Source of the DNA: Aggregatilineales bacterium
GTDB taxonomy: Bacteria > Chloroflexota > Anaerolineae > Aggregatilineales > Ch27
Assembly (NCBI GenBank): GCA_029976025.1
Contig: JARKNX010000036.1
Coordinates: 70,353 to 134,352 of the forward strand
Direction: 5' to 3'
DNA length: 64,000 nt
Shown: positions 17,312-27,552 of the stretch, piece by piece
How the letters are laid out: each line of letters opens with the position of its first letter
Position numbering within the stretch: the stretch's first letter is position 1
Made by a program: the position numbers and the translations under genes
Notes under the pieces: generated by a model
Seen by the model: the letters and a program-made list of their open reading frames with translations, nothing else
What the model was told of the DNA's origin: nothing
Database searches by the model: none

Positions 17312-18187
17312 GTGAACATAATCTCGAGCCCCACCATCCAGACCAAACGAGTACGGCCTACCATCTCGAAATCACTGCTCTATATACTGTGTATCATCCT
17401 GGCGATTGTGTTTCTCTTTCCCATCACCTGGTCGATCATCACTTCGTTCAAACCACCTGCGGAGGCTGCTGCAATTCCCCCGACAGGCCTTCCATCATAT
17501 ATCTCCTGGGAGAACTACCAGAAGTTCAATGGATTCGGTGATGGGGCGGGCCGGTATTTGTTCAATAGCGTCTCTGTAGCGATCATGACAGTCGCAGGCA
17601 CTGTCATACTCAGTACTCTGGCAGGCTACGGATTCTCTCGTTTTGACTTCCCGGTCAAGAATCTCCTCTTTCTGATGATCTTGACTACGTTGATGATCCC
17701 GTTCCAGATGATCTTGACGCCATTGTTTCTTATTCTGGGAGCATTGGGGTTGCAGAACACATTGCCCGGTCTTGCGCTGGTCTACATCACATTTCAGCTT
17801 CCATTTGGCGTATTCATTATGAGGAACTCGTTCGATACAGTGCCGCGCGAGCTAGAGGAGGCAGCTCTGCTCGACGGCTGCTCATCAGTTAGCCTCCTCT
17901 ATAGGGTAATGCTGCCTATCGTGCTACCAGGGGTTATTACGGCGGGGATCTACGCTTTCCTCAATTCGTGGAATGAGTTTCTCGCTGCATTGATCTTTAT
18001 GAATCACCAGAATATGTTTACGTTCCCAATCCTGCTCAACAGCGTCAACTACGGTCTTTATGGCGCAGTGGACTGGGGTGCACTTCAGGCCGGAGTCACG
18101 ATCTCGATACTACCTAGCATCCTGATCTTTCTGCTGTTTCAGCGCTATTATATGCAGGGGTTAACTGGCGGATCAGTGAAGGCATAG
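17312..18187 (+). CDS. Sugar ABC transporter permease (MalG/UgpE-like)
   Basis: Multi-pass membrane protein with the EAA loop RELEEAALLDGCSSVSLLYRVMLPIVLPG. Confidence 0.9.
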   Translation: MNIISSPTIQTKRVRPTISKSLLYILCIILAIVFLFPITWSIITSFKPPAEAAAIPPTGLPSYISWENYQKFNGFGDGAGRYLFNSVSVAIMTVAGTVILSTLAGYGFSRFDFPVKNLLFLMILTTLMIPFQMILTPLFLILGALGLQNTLPGLALVYITFQLPFGVFIMRNSFDTVPRELEEAALLDGCSSVSLLYRVMLPIVLPGVITAGIYAFLNSWNEFLAALIFMNHQNMFTFPILLNSVNYGLYGAVDWGALQAGVTISILPSILIFLLFQRYYMQGLTGGSVKA

Positions 18188-18250
18188 CCCGTACTGGTCT
18201 CCCAAACCAATCTATTCGCCAGATCGGTATCTGCGTGCAGGCACAATTGC

Positions 18251-18296
18251 AGATTCATAATAGCCTTGCTCCAATTTGATAGGCGGTAAAAATATC
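18251..18296 (+). repeat. Left copy of an imperfect ~46-bp direct repeat bracketing the defence operon
   Basis: agattcataatagccttgctccaatttgataggcggtaaaaatatc aligns with 34144..34189 in the same orientation (about 37/46 identical by hand). The core TTTGATAGGCGGTAAAAATATC against TTTGATAGACGGTAAAAATGTC matches at 20/22. Confidence 0.6.
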
Positions 18297-18445
18297 AGAG
18301 GGCGGCAAGCCACCCCAATTATGTCAGGCTGAAAGCCCAGAGCTGAATACAGCCCCTGCCAGCATAGATATGCGTCTCCTCGATATCCTTGAAAAGACTG
18401 AACCTGGGGATGAAACATCCGTGAGCTGCCTATGAGCGAGTGCAT

Positions 18446-19597
18446 TCAGAGCAGGCTTCTGTATGCGTTAGTAACGGCGCTCGCCGCTATCTCAATCTGT
18501 TCAATAGTAGTAAAGCGTCCTACACTCGCTCTCACCGTGCGGAACGCGTCTTCGCGCCCCAGACCCATCGCTTCCAGCACATGAGAGGGGGAGATTGCTC
18601 GAGACGTACAGGCAGCCCCCGTTCCTAACATTACCTCAGGGCAATTCAACAACAGGGCATCAGCGTCTACCTCAGGAAAAGTGATGCTACTGGTATTGGG
18701 AAGGCGCTGGTTCAGGCTGCCATTAATTCGAACGTCGGGCAACTCATGCAGTAATCTGCTCTCAAATAGATCGCGCAGAGACGCCAGTCTTGCTGACTCT
18801 TCGATGAGCTGTGCTGAACTGATGTCACAGGCTTCTCCCAAACCAGCTATAGCAGGGACGTTCAGCGTCCCGGGGCGAAGCCCTCTCTCCTGCCCTCCTC
18901 CAACGAAGACAGGCTCAAGCCGAACCAGGTCAGGATCGCCCCGCACATATAAAGCTCCTATCCCTTTCGGGCCATAGAGCTTATGTCCACTCAGCGAGGC
19001 AAAGTCCACTCCCCACTCAGTGACATTCACCGCAATCTTTCCAACGGTTTGTGCTGCGTCACAATGTACAAGTGCCCCGAATTGATGTGCGATCTCCGCG
19101 ATCTCAGCAACTGGCTGGATAGTGCCTACTTCGTTATTCGCCCCCTGGACAGACACCAGAAAGGTTCTATCGTCGATTGCTTTTTCTGCACTATCGAGTC
19201 GAACGCGCCCGTTATTGTCAACTGGCAGGATGATGACCTCAAAACCTTCCTCCTGCAGCTTCTCACACGGAGCCAATACCGACTTGTGTTCAACTGCCGA
19301 CGTGACGATCCGATTTCTAGCGGGGTTCGGCCGCCTGCCTGCAATGCCCAGGATGGCCAGATTATTACTCTCAGTAGCCCCGGCAGTGAAGACGATCTCC
19401 GCTGGACGTGCTCCGATGAGGGCGGCTACCTTCTCTCGCGCTACTTCCACGTGTTCAGCAGCCAGACGCCCCTGAAGGTGAAGACCGTTTGCCGGATTAC
19501 CGTAGATTTCACGGAAAAACGGCAACATGGCTTCCAGCACCCGGGAATCGCAAGGTGTCGTAGCATTGTAATCCAGATAGACCGCCGCTTGCTTCAT
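18446..19597 (-). CDS. sspA: Cysteine desulfurase (NifS/IscS class V aminotransferase), SspA/DndA-like, last gene of the defence operon
   Basis: 383 aa. YLDYNATTP start, PLP-lysine motif SGHKLYGPKGIGALYVR and catalytic-cysteine loop GAACTSRAISPSHVLEAMG. Its start lies 6 nt after the stop of the BrxL-like gene. Confidence 0.9.
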   Translation of the reverse strand: MKQAAVYLDYNATTPCDSRVLEAMLPFFREIYGNPANGLHLQGRLAAEHVEVAREKVAALIGARPAEIVFTAGATESNNLAILGIAGRRPNPARNRIVTSAVEHKSVLAPCEKLQEEGFEVIILPVDNNGRVRLDSAEKAIDDRTFLVSVQGANNEVGTIQPVAEIAEIAHQFGALVHCDAAQTVGKIAVNVTEWGVDFASLSGHKLYGPKGIGALYVRGDPDLVRLEPVFVGGGQERGLRPGTLNVPAIAGLGEACDISSAQLIEESARLASLRDLFESRLLHELPDVRINGSLNQRLPNTSSITFPEVDADALLLNCPEVMLGTGAACTSRAISPSHVLEAMGLGREDAFRTVRASVGRFTTIEQIEIAASAVTNAYRSLL

Positions 19598-19603
19598 GCC
19601 ATC

Positions 19604-21052
19604 TCAGTCCAGAGTTAGTCGGTAGCTGATCGCACTTTCATATTGTCGATATTCAGAATCGAGACTCTGCAATTGCTCCCAGACAAGCTGCCTGAGATCC
19701 CTGGCGGGTTGCACACAATAGTGTTCAAACTCCTCAGGGGACAGTTCGCCATGAGGAAACTGTAATTTCATCATGCCTGTGGAAATAGCAAGAAGCGCAT
19801 CCTCGTTTCGTTTGTATCTCCGACCGCCAGCGAGATGAACCATTCGAGAGCAATGCTCATCGAGCGATAGATCATCACGGAGGGCCAACAGCGCATCTCC
19901 CAAGAAATCAGACTTTAATCCTGTGCCCACAGCAAAGCATTCGTTACTCAGCTTCCTGATGCGCCAGCCAGGAATAATGCCCCGAATACGATCAAGAAAA
20001 GCTGGTTCCTGAAGAAATTCTGGCAGTTCTCCTACCAGAGGGCTGGCGATTGGCTTTTGATGGGCATCGAGCAAGATATTTGCCAACAACACCAGGCCGC
20101 AGTCACTGGCAGTTTCATGGAGACCGCCTCGAGTGAGGCGGCCATTAGCCAAGTATCCCTTTAGCCCGCCGACGATTTCCTGAGGCTTTTCGAACTTCAG
20201 AGTTTGGACCTCATCCAGTACAACAACCTTATAACGCGCCAGCAGACCCCATTGCCCGCTCGCGTTGTTCACAAAGAGAACTGCTGGAGAGACATTTCCC
20301 CCACTGAGTAAGCGTACACGCGGGCTGATATTCTCATATATATAACTCTTGCCAGTGCCCTTTGGGGCCAGTTCAATCAGATGCATGTTCTTCTGTACTA
20401 CTGGAAGCAACCGACACAGCAACAATGTTTGTTCTTCTTCAGAGAAGCTGTGTGGGTTATATCCCATAGAGTTGAGCAGCAATGATCGCCACTCGCTCAG
20501 TGAGAACTGACATCTTGCTTCCTTATACAGATTCAGATCGACCACTGCCTGCATCGGCTTGAACCCCGCAACGGCTGGGCCTCCGGACGTGTTGACTAAA
20601 TCAACGACTCCCCACAGACCCTGGTTCAGCAGATCTGGATACTGGTTGACCAAACTGTCAGAGATCTGAGCATCGGAGATTTGCAGCAGGCTCAACGCAG
20701 CCAGTCGTTCTTGGCGCTGCCGATTCAACACAACATTGACCTGCACTGACGTCAGAACTCTAACCGTCTCCCCGTTGAGCAAGCGATTCTTGATGAGATT
20801 GGCGTCTTCAGGACGTGGCAGGAAACGATCAGCCCACCGAAGGACGCTCGAAGCATCATCCTGTGAAAGCGGGCCTATGCCTGGCGCGATAGTGTCGAGT
20901 AGCCATTCGGCTACGTAGGCCGGCACACCTCGCTTATCCAGCTGGCTCATCCGCAGGCGGCGTTTATCAATCGCTAAAGCCCCAAAGACCTGCCTGATCT
21001 TGTCTTCCATATCCTGGGCTAACTGAACTGAGGATGTATCGCTCACAGACAT
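19604..21052 (-). CDS. brxL: BrxL-family ATPase (putative Lon-type-protease ATPase family), short form without an evident Lon protease domain
   Basis: 482 aa. Walker A is IELAPKGTGKSYIY and Walker B is KVVVLDEVQTLKF. The N-terminal region VPAYVAEWLLD..ANLIKNRL resembles BrxL. It is adjacent to a PglZ gene. The ~130 aa after the ATPase core are too short for a Lon proteolytic domain and carry no Ser-Lys dyad motif. Confidence 0.75.
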   Translation of the reverse strand: MSVSDTSSVQLAQDMEDKIRQVFGALAIDKRRLRMSQLDKRGVPAYVAEWLLDTIAPGIGPLSQDDASSVLRWADRFLPRPEDANLIKNRLLNGETVRVLTSVQVNVVLNRQRQERLAALSLLQISDAQISDSLVNQYPDLLNQGLWGVVDLVNTSGGPAVAGFKPMQAVVDLNLYKEARCQFSLSEWRSLLLNSMGYNPHSFSEEEQTLLLCRLLPVVQKNMHLIELAPKGTGKSYIYENISPRVRLLSGGNVSPAVLFVNNASGQWGLLARYKVVVLDEVQTLKFEKPQEIVGGLKGYLANGRLTRGGLHETASDCGLVLLANILLDAHQKPIASPLVGELPEFLQEPAFLDRIRGIIPGWRIRKLSNECFAVGTGLKSDFLGDALLALRDDLSLDEHCSRMVHLAGGRRYKRNEDALLAISTGMMKLQFPHGELSPEEFEHYCVQPARDLRQLVWEQLQSLDSEYRQYESAISYRLTLD

Positions 21053-21058
21053 ACTTTC

Positions 21059-23263
21059 TCACAATTCGAGTCCATCAAGAAGCGAAGTGTCACGCGAGTA
21101 CAACTCTTCGCTTTCAAGCTCCATACTCACGCGAATTTCCACACGCTCTCCACTAGGCCAACGCAGATATGCAGTTGCCTTAGAATGCTTGATTTCTTCT
21201 TTCGATGGCCAGAATCGCAATTCAAGGGTTTTGTTTTGTTTGGTGAGAGCGAGAATCTCCCACCCACATTGGAGCGTCTCCGATGATCGCTTTACACCGA
21301 ATTCTATTTCTACAGAATTCAGCACAATCGGGATTTCATCTGAATTGATGATCTCCACGTGCAACGTCCCCGCCTGACCTGCCCTATTTTTACCAGTGAT
21401 TCGTACTTCCACCATGGGGATACGTTGTTCTTTTGGCATAGCATCACGTACCAGGACAATCCAGGGAACTATCACTTCTTCCGGGAACAGTCCGCCATGT
21501 GTATACCATTCTTGCCCTTGTTTTCCGTCATTCATTCGAAATGCTGCCTCATCCAAAATTACTGCAGCATCTTCTGTAAGGCCATAGCTTTCGCCGTGGA
21601 GATACACCACATTGTCTTCAATAGTGTATCCGGCTGCCGGAAACTCCCGTTTGACTTCGCTAGCAGGTCCTGACGCAGCACGGCCGTGCGTTTCCATCCC
21701 CGCGGGAATTGGAATAGATCGCTGCGATGAAGCGAGCAAGCGCCCGTGATCAGTTGTGAGCACCAGCTTTAGGGGAATAGTGACTGGTAACTGTTCCACG
21801 AGTTCAGCGATCTTCTGGGCCACTGTATTCAACTGGCCTTCAACTTCGTGCTTGAGGGAATCATAGTTGTTACGCGCATGATACGTATGATCAGGCTCCT
21901 GAATACGCCAGATAAATAGATCATCAATATGTGCTGTCTGTAGCAACTCATTCGGAGACTTACGTTCCGAGATGTCCACAGCAAGCGGAGGTAGACCCGC
22001 AGCATGAAGCTCCGGCACACCTTTCAACAGTGCTTCCTTCGCAAATCGGGTAATCGTCGGGATTGGCGCAAAGACGAGGCGATCTTCCTGAATCTCCAGA
22101 CGCCTGGTAGCCACCTGCAAAGCCCGAAGAAACTGTCGAGCGTCCGGAAGATGCAATCCGTCCAAAACGATTAACAGTGTCACGAATTCCGTGTCCTGCC
22201 CCCTCAAGAACCCCGTCTCTCGAAAACTAAGGTGTTCTTTGTCTTTCGAATTCAGCGCTCGCCGGTAGAAGTCCAGATACCATGTGGCAAAACACCTGGC
22301 AAGGTCAACGATACGGTGTCGAACCTGAATATTACGGTCATCGCCCTGCTGCCACTCGCGAAGTGGCAGATACTCATTCCTGAACCAGGCCAGGACCTCC
22401 GCGGGCGCTTCCGGCACATCTGAAGGTTCTGGTGGTCGCAACAATCCGCGCAGTTGTTCCCATTGTGACCCTGAGACACCGGGAGCCAGCGTTGCAAGGT
22501 ATCCTTCGGTCAACTGCTGAGGGTTAACCGTAAAATAGTCAAAGGCTACTCCAACCGCGATCTGCTTAAGCTCTGGAGATAGAGGAAGTGCCATTAATTG
22601 CTCAAAGAAATCCCCGTGTGTGTCCACCATAGAGTGCCGCCAAGCGCTTAAGGCTCTGTCACTCCAAGGGGCTGGCACTTTCACCGGAAACTCCTCTAGC
22701 CCATCGATTCGTTGATCTGCCTTGATACCGAGCCAGATGTCAAGCATACTCTGTGCCGACTCAGAATCTGTAGCTTCGTATAAGGGCTTGAGACTCCTCG
22801 ATGCATCTCGCTGCCATCCCTCTGATACCGCCCGGAGAAGCGGTTGCTCCACCTGGTCAGGGGTTTGTAGGTCAAGCCAGAGTAGCCACTCAGCGGCGTG
22901 CTCCAGCGAAGGAGTGCCTGCCCATCGAAAATCCGGATGCAAGGCTTGCAGTATCCCTGGTGCAGAGATAGGACGGCGCAGACTGAAGTATTTACTCTCC
23001 AGGCGGGAGTAAAGGGCGTCAGCCTGATCCTCACTGAGATCAGGAATAGCTGTTAGTATCTCTCTTCGAGGTGAAGGCGCATCCTGAAACCGAAGATGGC
23101 GGCCCCGAAGGAACGTCCTGGCCCACTCACACAGGCGCTGACCACGGATGAACCACCTTCCCTCGCCGTCAACAATCCTGAGAAAACCTACTTCATCCTC
23201 AATCAGTACGTATCCGCCGGGAATCAGAGCATCTCCGTGATAATCGAGCAGGAAGTTCTCCAT
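21059..23263 (-). CDS. pglZ: PglZ domain-containing protein (alkaline-phosphatase-fold)
   Basis: 734 aa. The central region has VTLLIVLDGLHLPDARQF and LKLVLTTDHGRLLAS, the D...T/DHG metal-ligand pattern of PglZ domains. It is flanked by BrxC-like and BrxL-like genes, as in BREX loci. Confidence 0.75.
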   Translation of the reverse strand: MENFLLDYHGDALIPGGYVLIEDEVGFLRIVDGEGRWFIRGQRLCEWARTFLRGRHLRFQDAPSPRREILTAIPDLSEDQADALYSRLESKYFSLRRPISAPGILQALHPDFRWAGTPSLEHAAEWLLWLDLQTPDQVEQPLLRAVSEGWQRDASRSLKPLYEATDSESAQSMLDIWLGIKADQRIDGLEEFPVKVPAPWSDRALSAWRHSMVDTHGDFFEQLMALPLSPELKQIAVGVAFDYFTVNPQQLTEGYLATLAPGVSGSQWEQLRGLLRPPEPSDVPEAPAEVLAWFRNEYLPLREWQQGDDRNIQVRHRIVDLARCFATWYLDFYRRALNSKDKEHLSFRETGFLRGQDTEFVTLLIVLDGLHLPDARQFLRALQVATRRLEIQEDRLVFAPIPTITRFAKEALLKGVPELHAAGLPPLAVDISERKSPNELLQTAHIDDLFIWRIQEPDHTYHARNNYDSLKHEVEGQLNTVAQKIAELVEQLPVTIPLKLVLTTDHGRLLASSQRSIPIPAGMETHGRAASGPASEVKREFPAAGYTIEDNVVYLHGESYGLTEDAAVILDEAAFRMNDGKQGQEWYTHGGLFPEEVIVPWIVLVRDAMPKEQRIPMVEVRITGKNRAGQAGTLHVEIINSDEIPIVLNSVEIEFGVKRSSETLQCGWEILALTKQNKTLELRFWPSKEEIKHSKATAYLRWPSGERVEIRVSMELESEELYSRDTSLLDGLEL

Positions 23264-23266
23264 CGC

Positions 23267-26200
23267 CTAGCTTGCAGCCTCTTTATCCCGCATTTCTTCG
23301 GACATGAGCCGCTGGAGCAAATCCAGACAATCCTGTCGCCTGTCTGTTGATCCCAGGGCCCGGAATAATTCCTCGATCCGGGCGATCTGATCTTGGTCCA
23401 GACATTCCTGCACTCTCGTATGCAGCGCTTTCAGTCGGTCTCGATAGTCCAAAGGTAAGAAGGCTGGCGGACGTTCTAGCTTTCGCTTCAGTTCGCCCGG
23501 CGATGCTTTCCTCCCAAATTCAGATTCACGCTCCTCAAGCCACTGAATAGCGTCTTGCTGCCTGCTTTTCAGTTGATTTGCCTTCTGCTCACGAACCCGA
23601 TCCAACTCCTTCAGATGGTGCCGGCTCAACATCTGCCCATAATGGCTGGACATCTGAGCCAGCACCTTCTCCGCGGCCTCGACATCCGCTGGTGTGTCGG
23701 GGATATGCTTTGCTCCTTCTAGTTCTCTTACGAACTTGCGAAGAGCATCCAAATACTCCAGCGCTTCCTCTAGTTGGTTTTGGAACTCTGTGTCCTGGTA
23801 TCGACTTTGCTGACGCAGGATGGTATCTCGCTCCTCCGATATAGCGGCCAGATCCAGGTTATACGCGCGATCGTTAATGCTCTCCGCATACGCCTCTAAA
23901 ACCCGAATCTCGTCCTGAACCTCACGGAGTTTAGTTTCCTGCAACGATTTAATATCGGGAGATATCACCTCGATCTCCTGCAGGCGGGTCTCATAGCGGC
24001 GAAGCTCTGCCAGGCCGGCTCTGGTATTCATCACATCGATTTCATTGCGGATGAACGCCTCGCTCTCCTTGGCCTTCAGAATATCTGCCCGCTTATTCAG
24101 CTTACCCTGGATCTCGGCGACCTCCGCCGCGAGTGAAGTCAAGCCCTGTTGCTCCAATTGCTTCTTCAGGCCCGCCAGATCCCGGCGGAAGCTACCTGCC
24201 TGATCGCTGTCGGTCAGTCCGTCTACCCTCAAGAAAAGTCTGCGGAGGGCCTGTTCAAGCGCCGTGTTCAGGTGTATCTCGATCTCGTTGGGGGCCGACT
24301 GAGTGACATGCACCTGGTTTCCGACGGGTAGATTCCGCAGCTTGTCACGCAGCTTGAGCAGGTTGGCGATGTCCCGCTCGCTGTCAAGTTGTCGCAAGAC
24401 ATTGCCGGCCTCACGGTCATATTCTTGTGCTTCTCTGAGAGCCTTCTCCAATCTGTCAACAGCTCTTGATGCCCGTTGGACAATATCTGGAGATTGGTTG
24501 TCAAGGGCGGCGAACTCTTCTAGATTCTGTAGAGCCGCCTGGGCTTCTTCCTGAGTGAACAACTCATCCTTGTTGATTTTGCGGATGATCTCCTGTGCTT
24601 CGCGTTGGGCGGCGTCAGGATCGCGCCGTGTGATTGTCAAAGGCGTGCGGCAAGCCCAGTCGAGAAAACCCCGGGATGTTTTAGTCGTCTCGATCTGCCG
24701 CTCCAATTGGTTAAGTGTTATATACTGTCCCCAGGCGCTGAGCCGCAACTCGTTCCGGAAATAGCCAATCCAGCCACATAGCAGCAAGGTTGCCGTGTTG
24801 TAGTCAAAGCCATAGGGAGGATTGAGCAAGGTCGGAACAATCACCGCGACCCTGCCGTCCTTCACACCAGGTTCGAAAGTGCGGTTGAGCAGCTTCCAGG
24901 CTTCCGAGAGTTTCATCGATGTTGGCTGTTGCAGAGCGTAGTCTCGCACCGACAACAGACCCCACTTCCGGGGAGGGGAGAGATACTTCTCGCACAAATC
25001 TCTGGATACAGAATCCATGCCATTAAAGGCCCCCTCTACACGGTCGTAGATGAGATTCTTGGCTACCGTTTTGACTGCGGTACGCAGCCTATTTTGTCCC
25101 CTGACCTGGACAGCGGAATACTGTGTGAAGAACTCAGGCGGTCGTATCGGGTACGCATACTCATACAACGCCTTAAGCACATGTTTAATAGGCCGCTCTG
25201 ACAGAGTAGCGACCACCGTTCGATATGCCTTTGGCACAACGAATTCGGAAGAGTCGCGACGTATCTCCCATACATTTTCATAGTCACCACGAAGTCGCTT
25301 TAATGCCTTGTGGAGCGCTATCCGAGTTCGCTGAACCTCGAGCTCATACGTCTGTTGCCCAACTTCCTTTATTAGATCTTTGTCCCTGCCAACTGCCTCA
25401 AGCGCCTGATAACGCCGATACAGCTCCTTCATCTCCGGTACGGTATCCCTCGGAATCATTACGATAACTGGCAGCGGCGGATCCTGAAGCCCCACCGCAG
25501 CTTCCAGAATATCCTGAGCCTGTTCGCGCAAATCTTCGCGAGCAGCATCATCGAGAGTCACCAGCCACAACACTGCGCCGCGGATTCCATCTGATAGCCC
25601 GCTATCAGGGGATAAGCTGAATAGTGGTAGCACAGAAATGGGTGCGTCGGGGATGATTATGTGCTCCTCAGCCGCCCAATCTGATGCATGTCCCCACTCA
25701 ATTTCCAGCGGAATACTGCCAAATTTGGGATCCTCTCGGAGCCATCTGTTGAGTCCGTTGATATAGGCGCCCGGATCAAATTCTGTCGCCTCAAGCTGTT
25801 CCTGAACCGCTTTTTCAAGCCGCCGGGGATCAGCTCCAACCGGGAGAAAACCGTTGATACGTTGAATAGAGTCATAACGCGTGACTCCATTCCGACTCAG
25901 GTCCTTCAATACCTCCCGGATCGTCTTCTCATCTGAACCGCACATGGATGCCAGCAGCTCAGTCTGCTTCTCCCCTGCGGCTGAAAGACGGGCGATCTCC
26001 TGAAGGAGGAGGGCCTTCAACACGGCCCGCTGTATTTCAGTAACATTTTCGCCAAAAATCTGTTCGAGGTCGCGCTGGGCTTTGTCGTATGCAGTGTATA
26101 GGTTTCCGGCGTCTCCCGCCAGACGACGCTCGAAATAGTCAACCAGTGCGACAGGTAGAACCCAGTTGACACGGCCATCCCTTTGCGCCGGTTCATTAGC

Positions 26201-27538
26201 GCGAGCATCAAGCTGGTCGCGCACAAACCCGAGTGCTGTACGCGCTGTGCCAATATCCTCCCCCTGCTGCACTTTGATCTGGCACAACAGCGCTGTGGTC
26301 ATAGGATGAAGTGGGAAACATCCTTCGGTTACGACCTGTCGGAACTTCTGATAGCTCCAATCCAGTTCCGCATCGTAGTATTTCTGGAAGGCGCCCCACG
26401 TATGCTCTGTAGCTTGAAATATTGCCCCCTTGATACTGAAATCCCGGAGGAATTCTTCCCACGCCTCTTGATCTTGCTTGAGATAAGAATCGAGCACGCC
26501 TTCCATCAGAGAATAGAGCGCCCACCGCCTCGGTATGCGCTGGAGCTCCTTCCTCAAGTTCTGGAGGCTCTGCCCACCATGTAACGTCTGGTCCGCGACT
26601 AGCTCAGGATCGTGCTGAGCAAAAGCCAGGAAGGCAGCCTTTGTTCTGTGATCTTCCACCCCTTGTAATAAGTCCTGCAGCTCGCCGACTGCCCTGCTAC
26701 GCGCATATCGCTGCACGTACATGCTGAACTCATCAAACAGGATAAGAAGGCCAGCCAGCGGCTTCTTCTCCCCGCAGAATTCCCCCACCACCCAGCGGAC
26801 GGCCTCGCGCAAGCTGGCATTCCCTTCAGCGCTGGGCCGGACACCATGACTCAGGTGTTCGAATAACTCTACGTACAACTCATAGGCGCGGTATTGCTCA
26901 ACTTCATCGAGCAATGCGGGAACATCCATAGCATGGGACTGCAGAAACGCATCCGCTTTGATGACCATCTCTGGTGTCAGGTTACGCAAATAATTCAACG
27001 CGGTATCGACCCAGAAAGGCAGCTCTACATCACGAGTTGGGGCGTGCTCCGAAAGCGCCTTTTTAAGCGCGAGGAAGAACTGCTCACGAAGCGACCGTGG
27101 GCTATCCCCACGCAGCCGCACCACAAGGTATTCCCCATGTTCTTTCTTGAATTCCCGGTAGCCTTCTGCTTTTGCTGGATCTGATACAGCCTGACCAATT
27201 CGGTCCAGAACTATCTTCACTTCAGGCGAGTCATACGGCCTGGAGAAATAGTTTGCCAGCACTACCGCCAGGTGACTCTTGCCATAGCCGTAGTTGGCAA
27301 TAGCAAGCATGCGGTTTTCGAACCGGTCGAACTTGAGCGCCTTGAGCAGTTCGTCGAGCAGGCCCAGAGCAGCAATAGCCTGTGTCTGAGCACCCCGACT
27401 GCCCGGTGTTGTCACAGAGAAAATATACGCCTGCAACAGAGCCAGATTAGAATCCCGATCGTCGAAATTGCTGATCTGAACATCGCTGCGAAACTGTCCC
27501 TTGGTATCGAGCTGAACAATTTCCCCCAGAGTAAACAT
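23267..27538 (-). CDS. brxC: BrxC/PglY-like giant P-loop ATPase with a long C-terminal coiled-coil
   Basis: 1423 aa. The N-terminus is FRSDVQISNFDD...LLQAYIFS. Walker A is ANYGYGKSHLAVVLANYF and Walker B is LLILFDEFSMYV. There is an FPLHPMT motif. The last ~420 aa are E/R/L/Q-rich heptad-like sequence. RBS is GAGGTGGGGGA. Confidence 0.7.
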   Translation of the reverse strand: MFTLGEIVQLDTKGQFRSDVQISNFDDRDSNLALLQAYIFSVTTPGSRGAQTQAIAALGLLDELLKALKFDRFENRMLAIANYGYGKSHLAVVLANYFSRPYDSPEVKIVLDRIGQAVSDPAKAEGYREFKKEHGEYLVVRLRGDSPRSLREQFFLALKKALSEHAPTRDVELPFWVDTALNYLRNLTPEMVIKADAFLQSHAMDVPALLDEVEQYRAYELYVELFEHLSHGVRPSAEGNASLREAVRWVVGEFCGEKKPLAGLLILFDEFSMYVQRYARSRAVGELQDLLQGVEDHRTKAAFLAFAQHDPELVADQTLHGGQSLQNLRKELQRIPRRWALYSLMEGVLDSYLKQDQEAWEEFLRDFSIKGAIFQATEHTWGAFQKYYDAELDWSYQKFRQVVTEGCFPLHPMTTALLCQIKVQQGEDIGTARTALGFVRDQLDARANEPAQRDGRVNWVLPVALVDYFERRLAGDAGNLYTAYDKAQRDLEQIFGENVTEIQRAVLKALLLQEIARLSAAGEKQTELLASMCGSDEKTIREVLKDLSRNGVTRYDSIQRINGFLPVGADPRRLEKAVQEQLEATEFDPGAYINGLNRWLREDPKFGSIPLEIEWGHASDWAAEEHIIIPDAPISVLPLFSLSPDSGLSDGIRGAVLWLVTLDDAAREDLREQAQDILEAAVGLQDPPLPVIVMIPRDTVPEMKELYRRYQALEAVGRDKDLIKEVGQQTYELEVQRTRIALHKALKRLRGDYENVWEIRRDSSEFVVPKAYRTVVATLSERPIKHVLKALYEYAYPIRPPEFFTQYSAVQVRGQNRLRTAVKTVAKNLIYDRVEGAFNGMDSVSRDLCEKYLSPPRKWGLLSVRDYALQQPTSMKLSEAWKLLNRTFEPGVKDGRVAVIVPTLLNPPYGFDYNTATLLLCGWIGYFRNELRLSAWGQYITLNQLERQIETTKTSRGFLDWACRTPLTITRRDPDAAQREAQEIIRKINKDELFTQEEAQAALQNLEEFAALDNQSPDIVQRASRAVDRLEKALREAQEYDREAGNVLRQLDSERDIANLLKLRDKLRNLPVGNQVHVTQSAPNEIEIHLNTALEQALRRLFLRVDGLTDSDQAGSFRRDLAGLKKQLEQQGLTSLAAEVAEIQGKLNKRADILKAKESEAFIRNEIDVMNTRAGLAELRRYETRLQEIEVISPDIKSLQETKLREVQDEIRVLEAYAESINDRAYNLDLAAISEERDTILRQQSRYQDTEFQNQLEEALEYLDALRKFVRELEGAKHIPDTPADVEAAEKVLAQMSSHYGQMLSRHHLKELDRVREQKANQLKSRQQDAIQWLEERESEFGRKASPGELKRKLERPPAFLPLDYRDRLKALHTRVQECLDQDQIARIEELFRALGSTDRRQDCLDLLQRLMSEEMRDKEAAS

Positions 27539-27552
27539 GATCCCCCACCTCG

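Noticed and set aside
18212-18445. 77-aa minus-strand ORF covering the left direct repeat, downstream of sspA
   Set aside because: It has no RBS or motif, and its composition looks random. The region is more simply a 3' intergenic spacer between convergent genes.
18983-19618. 211-aa plus-strand ORF inside the cysteine desulfurase gene
   Set aside because: It is antisense to a gene with clear PLP-lysine and catalytic-cysteine motifs, and has no motifs of its own.
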